A stretch of DNA of 62,891 bases, counting the filler, from Rhabdomonas costata (taxonomy: Eukaryota), in assembly GCA_019059605.1 (NCBI GenBank). It is 53 parts of 53 records of this genome, joined end to end, with 100 filler letters (N's around TTAATTAATTAA, not from the genome) between each part and the next. Parts side by side here need not be neighbours in the genome. Positions count along the whole stretch, not along the records: positions 24,966 to 26,054 come from JAHMHO010029193.1; positions 26,155 to 27,236 come from JAHMHO010029194.1; positions 27,337 to 28,425 come from JAHMHO010029195.1; positions 28,526 to 29,614 come from JAHMHO010029196.1; positions 29,715 to 30,806 come from JAHMHO010029197.1; positions 30,907 to 31,995 come from JAHMHO010029198.1; positions 32,096 to 33,184 come from JAHMHO010029199.1; positions 33,285 to 34,373 come from JAHMHO010029200.1; 45 more parts are not named here. The stretch is one strand, 5' to 3'. Positions 25,250-38,036 of this stretch are shown piece after piece. Below the pieces are notes generated by a model, which did no database searches, was not told the DNA's origin, and was given only the letters and a program-made list of their open reading frames with translations. Within the stretch, counting starts at the first letter, position 1. Every line of letters begins with the position of its first letter. Position numbers and translations under genes: made by a program.

Positions 25250-28200
25250 GTGTGTTCGGTGTGTTCTGATGGGAGGGAAGGGTGGAATTTATTTTTTGCG
25301 CGGTGGGTACTTTGGGGTCCTGTGGGAAGGAGGGGGGTGGGTGCCTTGGAGAGCCTGTAGTGTAAAATCTGCGGTGGGCTTCATGCACCGTCACCGTGGA
25401 CCATGTTGAGGTCCTTCGATATAGGAGGGTAGTGTTTTCTGCGTTGGTTAGCTTTTTGAGAAGGGGTCGACGTTGGAGAACTCTTTTAGCCATGCGGTTT
25501 TGCCGCTGCGAATTTCCGAAGCTGCCCTTGACGACACACTCGCCGCTGCAAGCCGAGCTCGACCTCTCTCCGCTGTAGCGCGACTGACACACAGTTAGGG
25601 AGGAGGTCGAAGCCAAGCGACCTCGCCCAGACCGTGCCTCCCTCCTTGTCGGGTCTGCAATACCAACAGGAAGCCGGGTTTGTCGTTCTCCTGTGGCCCG
25701 GCACAGGCCATATGGCATTGCAGCGAACTCACCTATCACCCCGGCCGCATGTGTTCCGCTGCATTTTTGAACGTTATGTGTGCTGAAGCAGCAGCCTTCT
25801 CTAAGGTGGCACTCGCTAGCTGGCGCACACAACCTGGGATTATGATGTGAAAAGCAATGTTGTTGAGTTTAGTAGAGCGGCGTTTCGATGCGGTTACGTG
25901 ATCGATCCAACACACTGCACTGCGGGATAATATGCAGCCTACAAGGGCCTGAACGTCTGCGCACAGGAATCTCACGCCGGTTGGGACGAGTGCAGTTCGA
26001 TTTCAAGTGTCACCAGTCCAGTGTCATACTTGCCTTCGCCAGCCAGCAGCACACNNNNNNNNNNNNNNNNNNNNNNNNNNNNNNNNNNNNNNNNNNNNTT
26101 AATTAATTAANNNNNNNNNNNNNNNNNNNNNNNNNNNNNNNNNNNNNNNNNNNNAAGCATTCTCCGAAATATGTTCTATCACAACACTCAACACACAAAG
26201 CAGCGCTTTATATTGAGTACAAGAGTCAGACCGTTCACTCGAGAACTTACATTTGGAACTTCCATCACTACCATCTGTTATCACGGACAACACCGGACAT
26301 TTGCATGGTTTTCGGACATTTTTCGAGCTTTATTACATCATAGAGGACGTAATTTTGCGAAACGTTTCACTCAACCTTTGGCTGCTATGAACAAAATGCA
26401 GGGTTCTTCTACTTGGTGGAATTTTTTTAGCTAGTGGAGGGCCTCCGAATGCGTTTATCTTCAACAGGGAGCACACTCACAGCCGATCTATTTTTGTTTC
26501 CCAACTTTAGCTCAACTTCTTGACCTTTAGCTCCACTTTCTGACGTCTTTAGCATGGCTTGCACAGCTGCAGGCAAGGTCTCTGCCTTTACAACGGCGAG
26601 ACCAATTGCGACGTGGTCTTCCCCCTTTCGCGCTTTCAATTCCTTCCTCCGAGCGAACGAAGTTCTTTTGAGGATGCGGCTGGGAATTTTAGCTGTGGTG
26701 GACACAATTGATGGGACAGGAGAGGCCCGGCTTCCTGAACCATCTATTTTGGTACTTCATTGGTGGTTATCCAGCCACTGCGGTCACTTGCCTTTGATCG
26801 TACAGTTCCGTTTTAGCCAGTTCACAATCTCTGTAAACGTGTGTGGAGCTCACAAAGAAAAACATACACGGTTAGGTTGCTCCGAGTCTTTCGCTTCCTC
26901 CATCACTGACATTGCAAACGGTTAAAAGGGTTCTCCATCCGTCAATAAGGTCGAGGTCAAAGAGTTCAGTTTCGGAGTCAGAAGGAGAGGTGGAACGTAG
27001 TATAGCGGTAGGAGGTCTCCCACCGATCGAAGTCGAGAACTCCAGTGGAAGGCTTAGAGGAAGGTAAATGTATGGATCAATCGGAGTTGCAAGATAAATT
27101 GAGAAGATCGACTCAAAAGAAGGTTTACGAAGATGGGACTGAGAGCATCACCTGCGCCCATAGCCTGGACTGGAAGAAGTCAGAGGAATTACCAAGAAGT
27201 GGAGTCGATCTTCTCAATTTATCTTGCAACCCCAACNNNNNNNNNNNNNNNNNNNNNNNNNNNNNNNNNNNNNNNNNNNNTTAATTAATTAANNNNNNNN
27301 NNNNNNNNNNNNNNNNNNNNNNNNNNNNNNNNNNNNGGGTGGGGGTGACCATCAGTTCTTGCCTTGAGTGCACCTCGGGTGAGGGAACGAGATTCGGCAG
27401 TTTTGTCATTTGAGTGGGATTGCTCCACACCAACTGAAATTTTTTGTCAGCTCGGTGTCCCCCGAGGAGTTGTCTGCCTCGGTTGAGACCTTTTTGAGGC
27501 ACCTTCCTGCCGCCGCGCACCCCGGTTTGCAGCGCCTGTGGGATGATCGCCACGAGGTCGCTGTAGCGCTGAAGTCCATTGCGGTGCGGTGCTGGATCCC
27601 AGCTTCTTGCCCCCCTCCCTCTGAAACACGCAATGAATTTTACTTGAATAGAGTTGCCTTCGCAATGCTCTGTGGTGGTTGCATACAGGACCTGCTGAGA
27701 TGAAATGACTTGCTTCAAAGACGGATCCGCGGAATGAATGAAAAGCGGGCCTTTACTGTTGTAGCGCCGTGCATCCCCCGGGGGCTTTTGATCCAGAAGC
27801 TAGCAAAGCTCATCCCCTTCGGGGTGTGCCCAATTATGCGTATACCTGATGATGAGCGAGTGAGGGGCGTTCGTTTTTTGTTGCCAGCATAGGTATACCT
27901 GCGCTATACACATAGACGCGCACTTGAGGAAGGCTGCCTTTTTGTATGGAGAAGAACCACCCACCTCAACATCATCATTTGCATAAAGCAATTAGTAAAC
28001 GCGAGCTAAGCAAGTACAGCAGCCAGCCGATCTCGAAGAAGGAAGGGTCTACTGTGCAATCCAGTAGAACCCTGGAGCGGAGAAATCGATAATGGGAGCT
28101 CGTGGCCAATCGCCCACGTTCTTTCGCTGTGACCAGAGAAAAAAGATCAGGAAAGGAGAATGGCGACAATGACCAGTAGATGTGTTGCGAATCAGCCAGG

Positions 28201-29309
28201 AGCTCGAGGCACTGAAAACCGTGTGGCAAAAGAGGCGCAAAATTGCGCAAAGGACAAAGGGTACACTGCTCAGAGAATCGCAAGAAAGCAGCGCTGAGGC
28301 AATGGACCACTAGCGGAAAATCCGCCCACCAAAACGGGTCAGTCAAAGCTGCCAGCGCCACCGCTACCTCGTTCTTGACGCAGTTTCACTCCCAGGGTTA
28401 AAAAAATAAACAGTTGAAAATAGAANNNNNNNNNNNNNNNNNNNNNNNNNNNNNNNNNNNNNNNNNNNNTTAATTAATTAANNNNNNNNNNNNNNNNNNN
28501 NNNNNNNNNNNNNNNNNNNNNNNNNGGGGTTTGGGAGAAGGCAGTGACCGTGGCCGCCCTATGCAGGACATTTCTGGAACTTCATCGAGCCACAAAAGAA
28601 CATCACATGAATGTAAACTCAGATATTTACCTCCATAGCGGAACGAGGCCAGAGTGTAAGGCTCCTATAAAATTCTTCAAAAAAAAGCGAGAACAACAAA
28701 GTTATGCTCTGTGACGGTGACAAAGAGAAAAACCACACAAAGAACACAGCCCGCATTACCAGCGAGGTGCAACGGACTTGCTGCACCGCATAGTCACCTC
28801 TCCCCCCAGTTCGGCCGATTTCAAGGCCACTTCGATGGACCAGAGACTCCCGGAGCCGTGTGGATAGAGATACAGATAGAGATAGAGCACACACGTCGCC
28901 CACTCACTTTTTAAGAGGCCTCAGGTTCTCTCCAACTGAAAACCTGTATTGCTTCCAACCAGCGTTGAAAATGACGCCCTGCAAAGGTATACCCATAATC
29001 CGAAATCCATCCAACGCGCGAAAAGCTAACCCCCACCACCATACACATAAACACAAGCACAAGCACAAGCACAAACCACTCTACTTTTCTCCATTGTCCT
29101 CTTCCTGCGCATTTGGCTTCTGTGCTGTGTGCATATGTTTGCTGTTTGCCCTCCTCGGACACAGAAATGATAGCCACCCCGTTTGAGCGGGCACGCCTTG
29201 GCTCCATTTTTCTTTGTTCATTTCCTTTCAAAATACCCAAACATTCGTTTATTAAAATGGCATTCCTTACGCAGTGTACCTTTTTTCTGTAAGGCTCCTT
29301 TTGTTGCTC

Positions 29310-29590
29310 ATGTTGGCACTTTACGATGCTGATGGAGCACATTTGTGATGTTCAATTGCACTAATGGTATCCTTTTATTGATCTGGCAACGGGTTACGAA
29401 GCTATGCACGCGTCCCCTAGAACAGGATATTTGGGTTGACCCACATACCAATTTTGGATTTCCGACGTTTTCCAAAGCCTTTTCGAAGTGGGGAATGCGA
29501 GTTATTGCACGCTGCCAGATCAATAAAAGGATACCATTAGTGCAATTGAACATCACAAATGTGCTCCATCAGCATCGTAAAGTGCCAACA
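29310..29590. repeat. Perfect terminal inverted repeat (about 78-bp arms), probable fold-back
   Basis: About 29310-29388 is the reverse complement of about 29513-29590. It produces the mirror ORFs MMFNCTNGILLLIWQR on both strands. Confidence 0.85.
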
Positions 29591-29720
29591 CAAACCCCAA
29601 ACTCACCTAACACANNNNNNNNNNNNNNNNNNNNNNNNNNNNNNNNNNNNNNNNNNNNTTAATTAATTAANNNNNNNNNNNNNNNNNNNNNNNNNNNNNN
29701 NNNNNNNNNNNNNNGTGTGT

Positions 29721-29785
29721 GTTTGTTTGTTTGTTTGTTTGTTTGTTTGTTTGTTTGTTTGTTTGTTTGTGTGTGTGTGTGTGTG
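29721..29785. repeat. (GTTT)n followed by (GT)n microsatellite
   Basis: Directly visible tandem repeat. Confidence 0.95.
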
Positions 29786-30601
29786 AAGCCAATCCATGCA
29801 CACAAATCCGTGTGTGGAAGGAGAATCACGAGTCTCTCCCAGAAAAGTGAGTGGATGTGCGACTTCCGACGTCTGATGAACCTCCCCTCCGGGAGAAGCG
29901 CAGGAGTATGGTATGGCTCTGCTGTCTTCGGCTCGATTTCGGGCGGCGGCGTTTTTGGTTGCTCTGGAGAGTTCAAGAGGATGATATTGTGCGAGTGAAT
30001 GTCGGTGTGTGGATTCTTTTCAAATATTAGTTCACAGGTGGGTGCAGCGCACTGTAAGGACACTGTATATTGAGTTAATTGAACACCTCTACCTCTCACA
30101 CCCACAACCCCGCGACCGCGCTTTTTCTTGCGGGGTTCGCAGCGCCCTACATTTTGTAGCCGCGTAATGCTGCACCTGGCACCCCCCACATGAGCGGGAT
30201 TTTTTTGGCTATATGAACGTTGGGGACGTTGTGGGTGTTTCCCCAGGTGCACGCGGTTGATGCGGCGATGCGAAAGGCTCTCGTTCACCACTACCCAGGC
30301 AGCTGCCTCTCATACTTTCCCCCTTCTCTCCCTTATCTCCAATTTTCACTCCCCCATCCCTCTCGGGTTTTTCATGAGCCACAATGCACAGAAGACAGGG
30401 AGGCATAACTCGAAACGGAGAAGTTGCCTGGCTGGTGAGGCGGAAACGGCAGATGGACTGACATCAGCAATGTCCGGAGCACTGGAGTTGAAAGGATAAG
30501 TTTTCGCGAATCTTGAGAAAGGTGGTTTCGCGCAGCCAATCCCCCGGTTCTGTTACGTTCCACCATCCACTCCATTTGCGATGCATTTTTTGTACCCCCA
30601 G

Positions 30602-30777
30602 CGATCAACGACATCCGGCTGTCTGACTACAAGGTGCGGGTGGTGAACCCGGGGATGGGCACGGGGGCGAAGGTCCGTGTGCTGGCGGATTTCCGGGTGA
30701 CCAACCCGCAGACCTCCGAGGCCAAGACCTTGACCACGGTCGGAGTCCACGAGAACATCATCAACGCCAGCCTGCAG
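30602..30777 (+). CDS. cimA: Exon encoding the LeuA-type allosteric domain of a citramalate or 2-isopropylmalate synthase
   Basis: INDIRLSDYKVRVVNPGMGTGAKVRVL...TTVGVHENIINASLQ matches the DYKVR...GTxAxVRVL...TVGVxENIIxAS pattern. A polypyrimidine tract and CAG acceptor end at 30601. Confidence 0.8.
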
Positions 30778-31295
30778 GCATGTGCTCCCGCTCAACCCCA
30801 CCACAANNNNNNNNNNNNNNNNNNNNNNNNNNNNNNNNNNNNNNNNNNNNTTAATTAATTAANNNNNNNNNNNNNNNNNNNNNNNNNNNNNNNNNNNNNN
30901 NNNNNNGGGGTTGGGTCTACAATGCTTCAACGTTTTCCCAACGTTTTCCCTTGCTGTAAGTGTTAACTTGGGCTTGCAGAAAAATATTCCGCAGAGGCGT
31001 CTCCCCCCTTCGCTCTATTCAGTTGTTCAACTTATCCATCAAGGAATGGAAATCGCACCTTTGGGTACGATAGGAAGCGAGCTGGCTCGCCACATTTCTA
31101 ATGGTTCAGCAAAACCCGGCTTCGAACCCAATGCGTATCACCGCGTTGGGAGCTTCGTGACTGATGGTTTATTCGGGAGCAAACCAAAGTTTTCCGAATA
31201 AACGGTGACGGCAATCACCAAGAAATCCAGTGTGCACATATGGGCTTCAAAGTCAGTAAGATATACCAGGATACTGGAGTCGAGCGCTCACAGTT

Positions 31296-31326
<31 letters not shown>

Positions 31327-32095
31327 AGACACACACAAAGCCATGAGAAGGTGGCAAAAAGTTACGTAAAAAGCCAGCAGGCACTTGCACGACGAAAACC
31401 GAGTGTAGCCACTGTACAACGGCTGCCCGTACTCCTAGAGGTGGGCGCCGCAGCCCCACCTCCATAAAACGTAAGACAGGATTATGTATCCCTCTTACTC
31501 AGGATATCTGGTTGCGGTCCTTTCCTCCTCCAGGGCGGGACTTGCTCTGGACAAGCCCCCTCCTCTGCGGTCAGACTGCGGCTTATTTGTGCTCCAACCT
31601 CACTCATCTCTCACAACATAGACTCCCGCCATGTACAGGAAGTTCCGGGAGCAGCACCCCATGGCTCTTCTGGCCACTGGCTCACATCTGACACAAAAGG
31701 CCGGACGGGAATCACCACCTGAATGATGGGCCCCAAAGTGTAAGAAGAGAAACAATTGTCCCTGCCAGAGTGCTGCGGTGAGCCCGGCCTAGAGGTTTTG
31801 CTCTCCTTTAGGCAAGGCCAACCTCTGGCAGGCCATCTCGTGAACCCCGCTTGCACCTGCCCCGCTTGCACCTGGCTCCGTTTTCCTTAGATCTACGGCG
31901 GGTCGTTAGAGCGGGAATTGCAACAACCGAGATGACTAACAAAATAGAAGCTCTTTCGCCCCTCCCCCCTCCGATCAAGTGTTTGCCCACCACACNNNNN
32001 NNNNNNNNNNNNNNNNNNNNNNNNNNNNNNNNNNNNNNNTTAATTAATTAANNNNNNNNNNNNNNNNNNNNNNNNNNNNNNNNNNNNNNNNNNNN

Positions 32096-32545
32096 GGGGT
32101 TTGGTCGGCGCTCCCTGTGACCTGTGAGCTTTGCGGTCAGCTCCTGGACGTGCTTGGGGATCATCGAGTCGCGTGCCCAAAGGCGGGGACGTGGAAGCGA
32201 CACAACAGCTTTTGCGCAGCTGTCGCGGAAATGGCGGATAATGTCGGCCTCCTCGTGGACACAGAAGTCCAGGTTCACATTGGACTCGCTGGCGAGATAC
32301 CTCTGTTGCTAGTGGTCTATGCGCCCAGGCAGGGCTCGAGTTTGTTCCCGTGGCCGCAGACACTTTCGGAGCGTGCGGCCAAGAGGGCGAGCGGTTTCTG
32401 GCTCAGCTCTTCTCAAGGTACGCGAAGCGCTTCGTGAGCGGTAGCGAAACGAGGTTTCTAGATCAACTCCAACAACAATGCTGGCAGAGAGTCGCAGTCG
32501 CGCTCCGCAAAGCGGTGGCTCGGCAGCTAGGGGCAGCTTATTCAC
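32096..32545 (+). mobile_element. Degenerate C-terminus of a CRE-like (RLE-type) non-LTR retrotransposon
   Basis: CCHC knuckle CELCGQLLDVLGDHRVAC and RHN motif, then in another frame FVPVAADTFGACGQEGERFL...WQRVAVALRK. Confidence 0.75.
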
Positions 32546-33814
32546 AGGCCGGGGGGTGTCACCATTTCCCGGCGATGAGCCGGACTCTTCACCGGTGGAG
32601 ATGGACCCGTAAAGCCCCCGACCTCACCCCATCTCTCATGGTAAACATTGTAAACGACAGCCTGTTATTGAGTTCGCAGGTTGGTTGAGGGAGTTTTGGT
32701 TTGTTTGCTTGTTTGCTTGTTTGCTTGTTTGCTTGTTCCACGTGTTCGCAACTTCTTCGAGTTCCACCGCGGTCCCTTCCCTTTCCACTCGCGTATTTTT
32801 GTTTCTTGTGAGTTGAATACGTATCATCACAGATGAGTTCTCGTGGAATTCTTGCAGTAGCGGGAGTCAGCACAAACAAAAACAGGAAGAAGAAAGGCAA
32901 GGAAAACCAGTGTGGATTCTTGTGAGTCCGCTATTAGCGAGCAGAATTAGAGACCGCCTTGGGGGATTCCCGCCTTGTCCCTTTCCGGTCTTTGGCATTG
33001 ACCAAGCTCGCAGTGATTACGGGCCTGGGTGCGACGACCCAAAGCGAGCTTTCAAAAGAAAATACAAGCTCCCACAAAAAAAAAATCAAGCTAAATAACA
33101 TAAATCACAGTAAAACGCGGTAGTCACCAACACACGTGGACCCGTGAAATCCCTCACTTATGCACCACCATCACCACACCCCACNNNNNNNNNNNNNNNN
33201 NNNNNNNNNNNNNNNNNNNNNNNNNNNNTTAATTAATTAANNNNNNNNNNNNNNNNNNNNNNNNNNNNNNNNNNNNNNNNNNNNGTTGTGGGGTGAGATA
33301 TTTTGCCGTAATTTTGGCGTGATGATGGTTTCTTGCAGAATGTTGGTGTTGACACGAGTGACCACAGAATGTGCGAAATGTGCGACAGTGACGACGGATT
33401 TTTCATTGAGAGGGTTTTTGTGGGTTTGGATAATCTTGAATTGAATCTTGAATTTTCTCAACAACTCACCCTTCTTTCCGAGTTATTACCCATTTCGTGA
33501 GAGCCAGTGTTGTGTCAAGAATCCATAAATATCCAATGTCGTGCCGGTGATCAAAAAGAACGGTTATGCTGAAAATTCAGGTCGCTTGTTTGTCTACCTT
33601 CTGTCTTGTCTTTCCTGTTTCTGTTGTGCTAGGGGTTGCAGTTTTATGGTGCTGATTTCTGGCTGTCAAACGAGGCTGTGCATCACAATTTTCTGCCTTT
33701 TTCACTCAACGGCTATCATAAAACCAGGTAAAGCGGACTGACGCGACTTTGTGCAAGGTGCTCTGGCTTCTTGAAAGTCTGTCATCCCCCGACGATTTTT
33801 CTCTTCCTTTACAG

Positions 33815-34006
33815 TGGTGTGGGCCGAGTGCTCTGTTTGGGGGGAGGGTGAGGAGCTCTCCTTGAAAGACGAGGTCGACATTCTGCAGCAGCAGAACTCC
33901 GCAACCAAAGAGGAGCTGGCTCGGCTCCGCGCCGTGTTCCAGTCCCTGTGCACTCAAGTCAAGAATATTGAGAAAGGCAGCCAAGGCGTCGTCCCCCTCG
34001 CCCCAG
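33815..34006 (+). CDS. Probable coiled-coil exon
   Basis: Pyrimidine tract with TACAG acceptor, LKDEVDILQQQNSATKEELARLRAVF, and a GTACGG donor. Confidence 0.55.
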
Positions 34007-35811
34007 GTACGGCCAGTGTGTCTGAGAGTGTGCTCTTTCGCTGAGAAAAAATATTCCATGGTGGCGATTCGAAACAAGTGCACCGGTGTGAGCATGGTGT
34101 CCGGGAATGAATAAGAATGAATTAGAGGCATAACTGGATTATTGGACCCACCACAGGAAGAAGATTCAAAAAGGAAAATGACCGTTCAGAACAGCGTCCA
34201 ACAGGCACAAAAAGGGGTCAGCGTCAACCGGGAGCTTGTATCTCCAACAAGAGGTGATCTTTGATCCCTCCGCGAGAGTTGATCCAGGTCTTGAGGCGGC
34301 CCCAGCAACCGTCGATCCCATTGGTGTGGACCCTGCGGACCTTACCGTCCACAGTAGCAGACTTGGCGTAGACNNNNNNNNNNNNNNNNNNNNNNNNNNN
34401 NNNNNNNNNNNNNNNNNTTAATTAATTAANNNNNNNNNNNNNNNNNNNNNNNNNNNNNNNNNNNNNNNNNNNNGGGTGTTTGGTTGTTGGGTTAACGATG
34501 ATAGCTGACGTGCACACGGGTTCCTCACTGGAGGTAACGAGAGTTGTGCGCGTATGTGTGTCCGTTTCGAATGCGCTTGTTATTTGAAGGCCCAGCTGGG
34601 CTGCTTGGTTGGCTGTAGCTGACGCAGTAGCGGCTGAAGCATGAATCTTGAAGGCTCCACTTTCCGATTTGCGATTTTCAACTCAGTGGGGTGAGTAGCG
34701 TTCGCTACGCAAAAATTTCGGAACGGACCTGACGGTGTGAACGCATGGAAGCGGGAGAGTCCTTAGTCCAGGTCACGCATGCTCGCGGACGTTCTGTTCA
34801 CCCCGAAAGGGCGTTGTAGCTCGCCGAGTAAATCGTGGTGCAAGTGAGTGAGGGGGTAGGTGTGAAAGTCGACCTTGCGACCTTGCTTCCTTTGGATACA
34901 CAACTATTCATTCTGCTTTCCCGGCCACCTCGAACGCAAGCTTGGGAATTGGCCAACATTTGAGGATCCGATTTAACAGCTTTTGGGAGTGCGCAGAAGG
35001 CACTGACCATTAGCCGCAAGCAGGCACATGTTATAGTACATGGAAGCACTGTACAGACACATGCGCGCGATTGAAGGGTATAGACAGCAGGTCAGGTTGG
35101 GCTCAAAGCCCTGGGGGAACCTCGCGGGGACCGGAAGGTTTTCGTGAGGACAGCAGACACTTCGAGACGCTGCCACAAAACACCGTGGGCGTGGCCTCAG
35201 CCGATGGCGAGCCCTCTGAGTCGGAGAAAGGGAGGCTTCCGGTGACGGAGGGGTCTAAGGCAGACCCCGCAGGCTCGGCGCCCGCGCCACTGCACCCCGC
35301 CTTGAGGGAGCGGTTCACAATGGCAAGGTCAGATCGGATAGATTCCTACAAAACACAACCCCACATCCCACCCACTAAACCTGAAAACTTCACGTGGCCA
35401 TCTGCCATCAGTTTTCATGCGGCTGGAGAGTGCTCCTGACCCCTCTCCAAACCACTCCCAACCTTCCATCTCTTCCCAAACTTGATTTCTTGATACCAGG
35501 AGAGGGCGAAGCGCCAACCTCTTTTACCTCCCCCCCTCTATAGACAACACAACACACACACANNNNNNNNNNNNNNNNNNNNNNNNNNNNNNNNNNNNNN
35601 NNNNNNTTAATTAATTAANNNNNNNNNNNNNNNNNNNNNNNNNNNNNNNNNNNNNNNNNNNNTTTCGGATCGAATCTTGAATCCCACACCCCCACCTCTC
35701 TGGCTCGCTCGACTTCTTGTGGGTTAAGACGGAGGTTGGTGAACCAACTTTGCGACATCTCGTTCGTTGTTTTCCGACGCCTCCGAGGTAACAAGGTAAC
35801 ATCCTGTGCAG

Positions 35812-35960
35812 AGTTCAACGTCTCCTCGGTCACTCCGGCCAACGGGTCGTTCTACGGGCAGACCCCGGTGACGATCTCGGGGAAGGGCCTGCTGCGGATC
35901 AACCCCGGCGCTGGCGCAGCCGGGCTGCAGGTCTGGATCGGGCCCTCTGTGGCCCTCTGC
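35812..35960 (+). CDS. IPT/TIG domain exon (3' boundary 35930 or 35960)
   Basis: VSSVTPANGSFYGQTPVTISGKG matches the VxSxxPxxGxxxGxTxVTIxGxG start of IPT/TIG domains. Confidence 0.75.
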
Positions 35961-36497
35961 GTGCAACGCCAATCTTTATAGCCCTTCTTTGTGTTACAAG
36001 CTACGCTGCCAAAGCTGCGAGAGTTATAGTGGTATGCTCCAACCCATCCGAGATCAGCGGCCAGCAAAAAATATAGGGCAAAAAAAACTTCAGGGGAATG
36101 TCACAGCACGCTTTCTTCTGTGACTTAGCGACAGTTGCGTGTTTGTTCGCGTTTGTGCGATGAAAAGACGCACCCACATACATACTTTAGCAAGGCTGCC
36201 TTTTTGCGGAGACAAAACACACAACCACCTCATGCAAAAAAACAACCTGCTGACAGGAGAAACATCGGTTTCGGGTTGGGCACACACAGGGAAAGTAAGG
36301 AAGGGAAGAAGAGAAGATATGTTGATGGACAGTTCACCCACAAAGGCACGCACTGCACACACATACACATACACACACCGCGTGAAAGCCGTGCGGGGTC
36401 AGCACGCCCCTGATGAGGGGTAGAGTCACAGTCCGACCCCCCGGAAACGGAGTACAACGCAGAACGAGCTATCGAGTAGATCCCGGCCCAGTACCTC

Positions 36498-36531
<34 letters not shown>

Positions 36532-38036
36532 CAGTTGGGTGTAAAGGGTAAACACTGGTACAAATTCTTTCAGGCACCGAAGTCGGCTCGATTCCAAGTT
36601 CACGGTCTACCACGCTGGTCTCGATTGGCATTAGGATGAGGGCAACTCTGGCCCCACCCCTACCAGGCCTTCCCCTGTGAAACATGGGGGCCAGCAGGTG
36701 CCTGGTTGGGTGCCTCGGCGTGGTAGGGGTGGGGCCAGAGTTGCCCTCACCNNNNNNNNNNNNNNNNNNNNNNNNNNNNNNNNNNNNNNNNNNNNTTAAT
36801 TAATTAANNNNNNNNNNNNNNNNNNNNNNNNNNNNNNNNNNNNNNNNNNNNGTGGTGGGTGTGTTTGGGGTTGTGTGTGTGTGTGTGTGTGTGTGTTGTG
36901 TGGACTCAATTCCTGTTATGTGATTGGGAAGGAAATGGAGCTCGGTTCCTCGTTAAACTTCGTTTAGAAAAAATAGTGTCATCAGCAAAGAACCCAAACA
37001 GGGTCCCGGCCAGTGCTCTGGCACTTAGACCAACGTCCCATGTGTTTCCAATGATAATGATGGCACCCAGGATGACTTCAGACTGAGGTCACAATTGCCT
37101 GAGATAGCCCGTCAGTGCACCTTTAAGGTCTTTTAAGGTCATTTTCAGTCCTGTTTCGGCATTTTTTCGGGACTTCCAAAGTTCCCTTTGTTCTCTTTTT
37201 GATTCTCTGCTGGTAATGGAAATTGTCGGGAAGACAGTGTTGGCTTGTTGAAGGAGCAGAATAAATGTGGTGCAAGTTTTCCTTGCTTTGTGGCCAGCAC
37301 GGAGCACGGAGCGATGCCCTAGACAAGACCAAAAATGGGCCAAAAAAAACAAAGTGGGCCAAAAACAGGCAAAAAAAAAACACGAGATCAAATGGCGCCA
37401 TCGTCGGTGGAAGTGGAAGAAATACTTTCGAAGCGCTTCATTGGTAACCAATTATTATCGGGAGGAAGCAGGACAAACTGCGAATTATTGTCCATTTTTC
37501 CCACAGTGCTGGCCCTTTTTCAAATAGAGTTTTGTCACATAGAATGGTCGAACAGGCGAATGGATTTGATTAGGTGTTACAAAAGAAGAAGAAGAAGAAG
37601 AACTACAGCGAAAGAGCAAAGAAGCACAAAACATAAGACGATATGGGGGTGAGGTAACGGGTTCCGTTCTGTTTGGTGACCCCACACACGTTCATCCCCC
37701 TCTAATCCACGGCGAGTCCGTTGGATATCGCTCTTTTAGTGCATTTAAAGGAGGTCAACCTGTCAGCAACACGGGGTGATCCGGTGCCCACTTTTACGTA
37801 TCAAACACGCAGCCAAACTGTTCCCAGATAGATAACGCAACTATCAATGTGATTCGATAGGAGTTGCGAACGTCATACATCCCCCTCCTGGATCCGCACA
37901 CCCGATGAATTTCCACCATCACTCGTCCACAGACANNNNNNNNNNNNNNNNNNNNNNNNNNNNNNNNNNNNNNNNNNNNTTAATTAATTAANNNNNNNNN
38001 NNNNNNNNNNNNNNNNNNNNNNNNNNNNNNNNNNNT

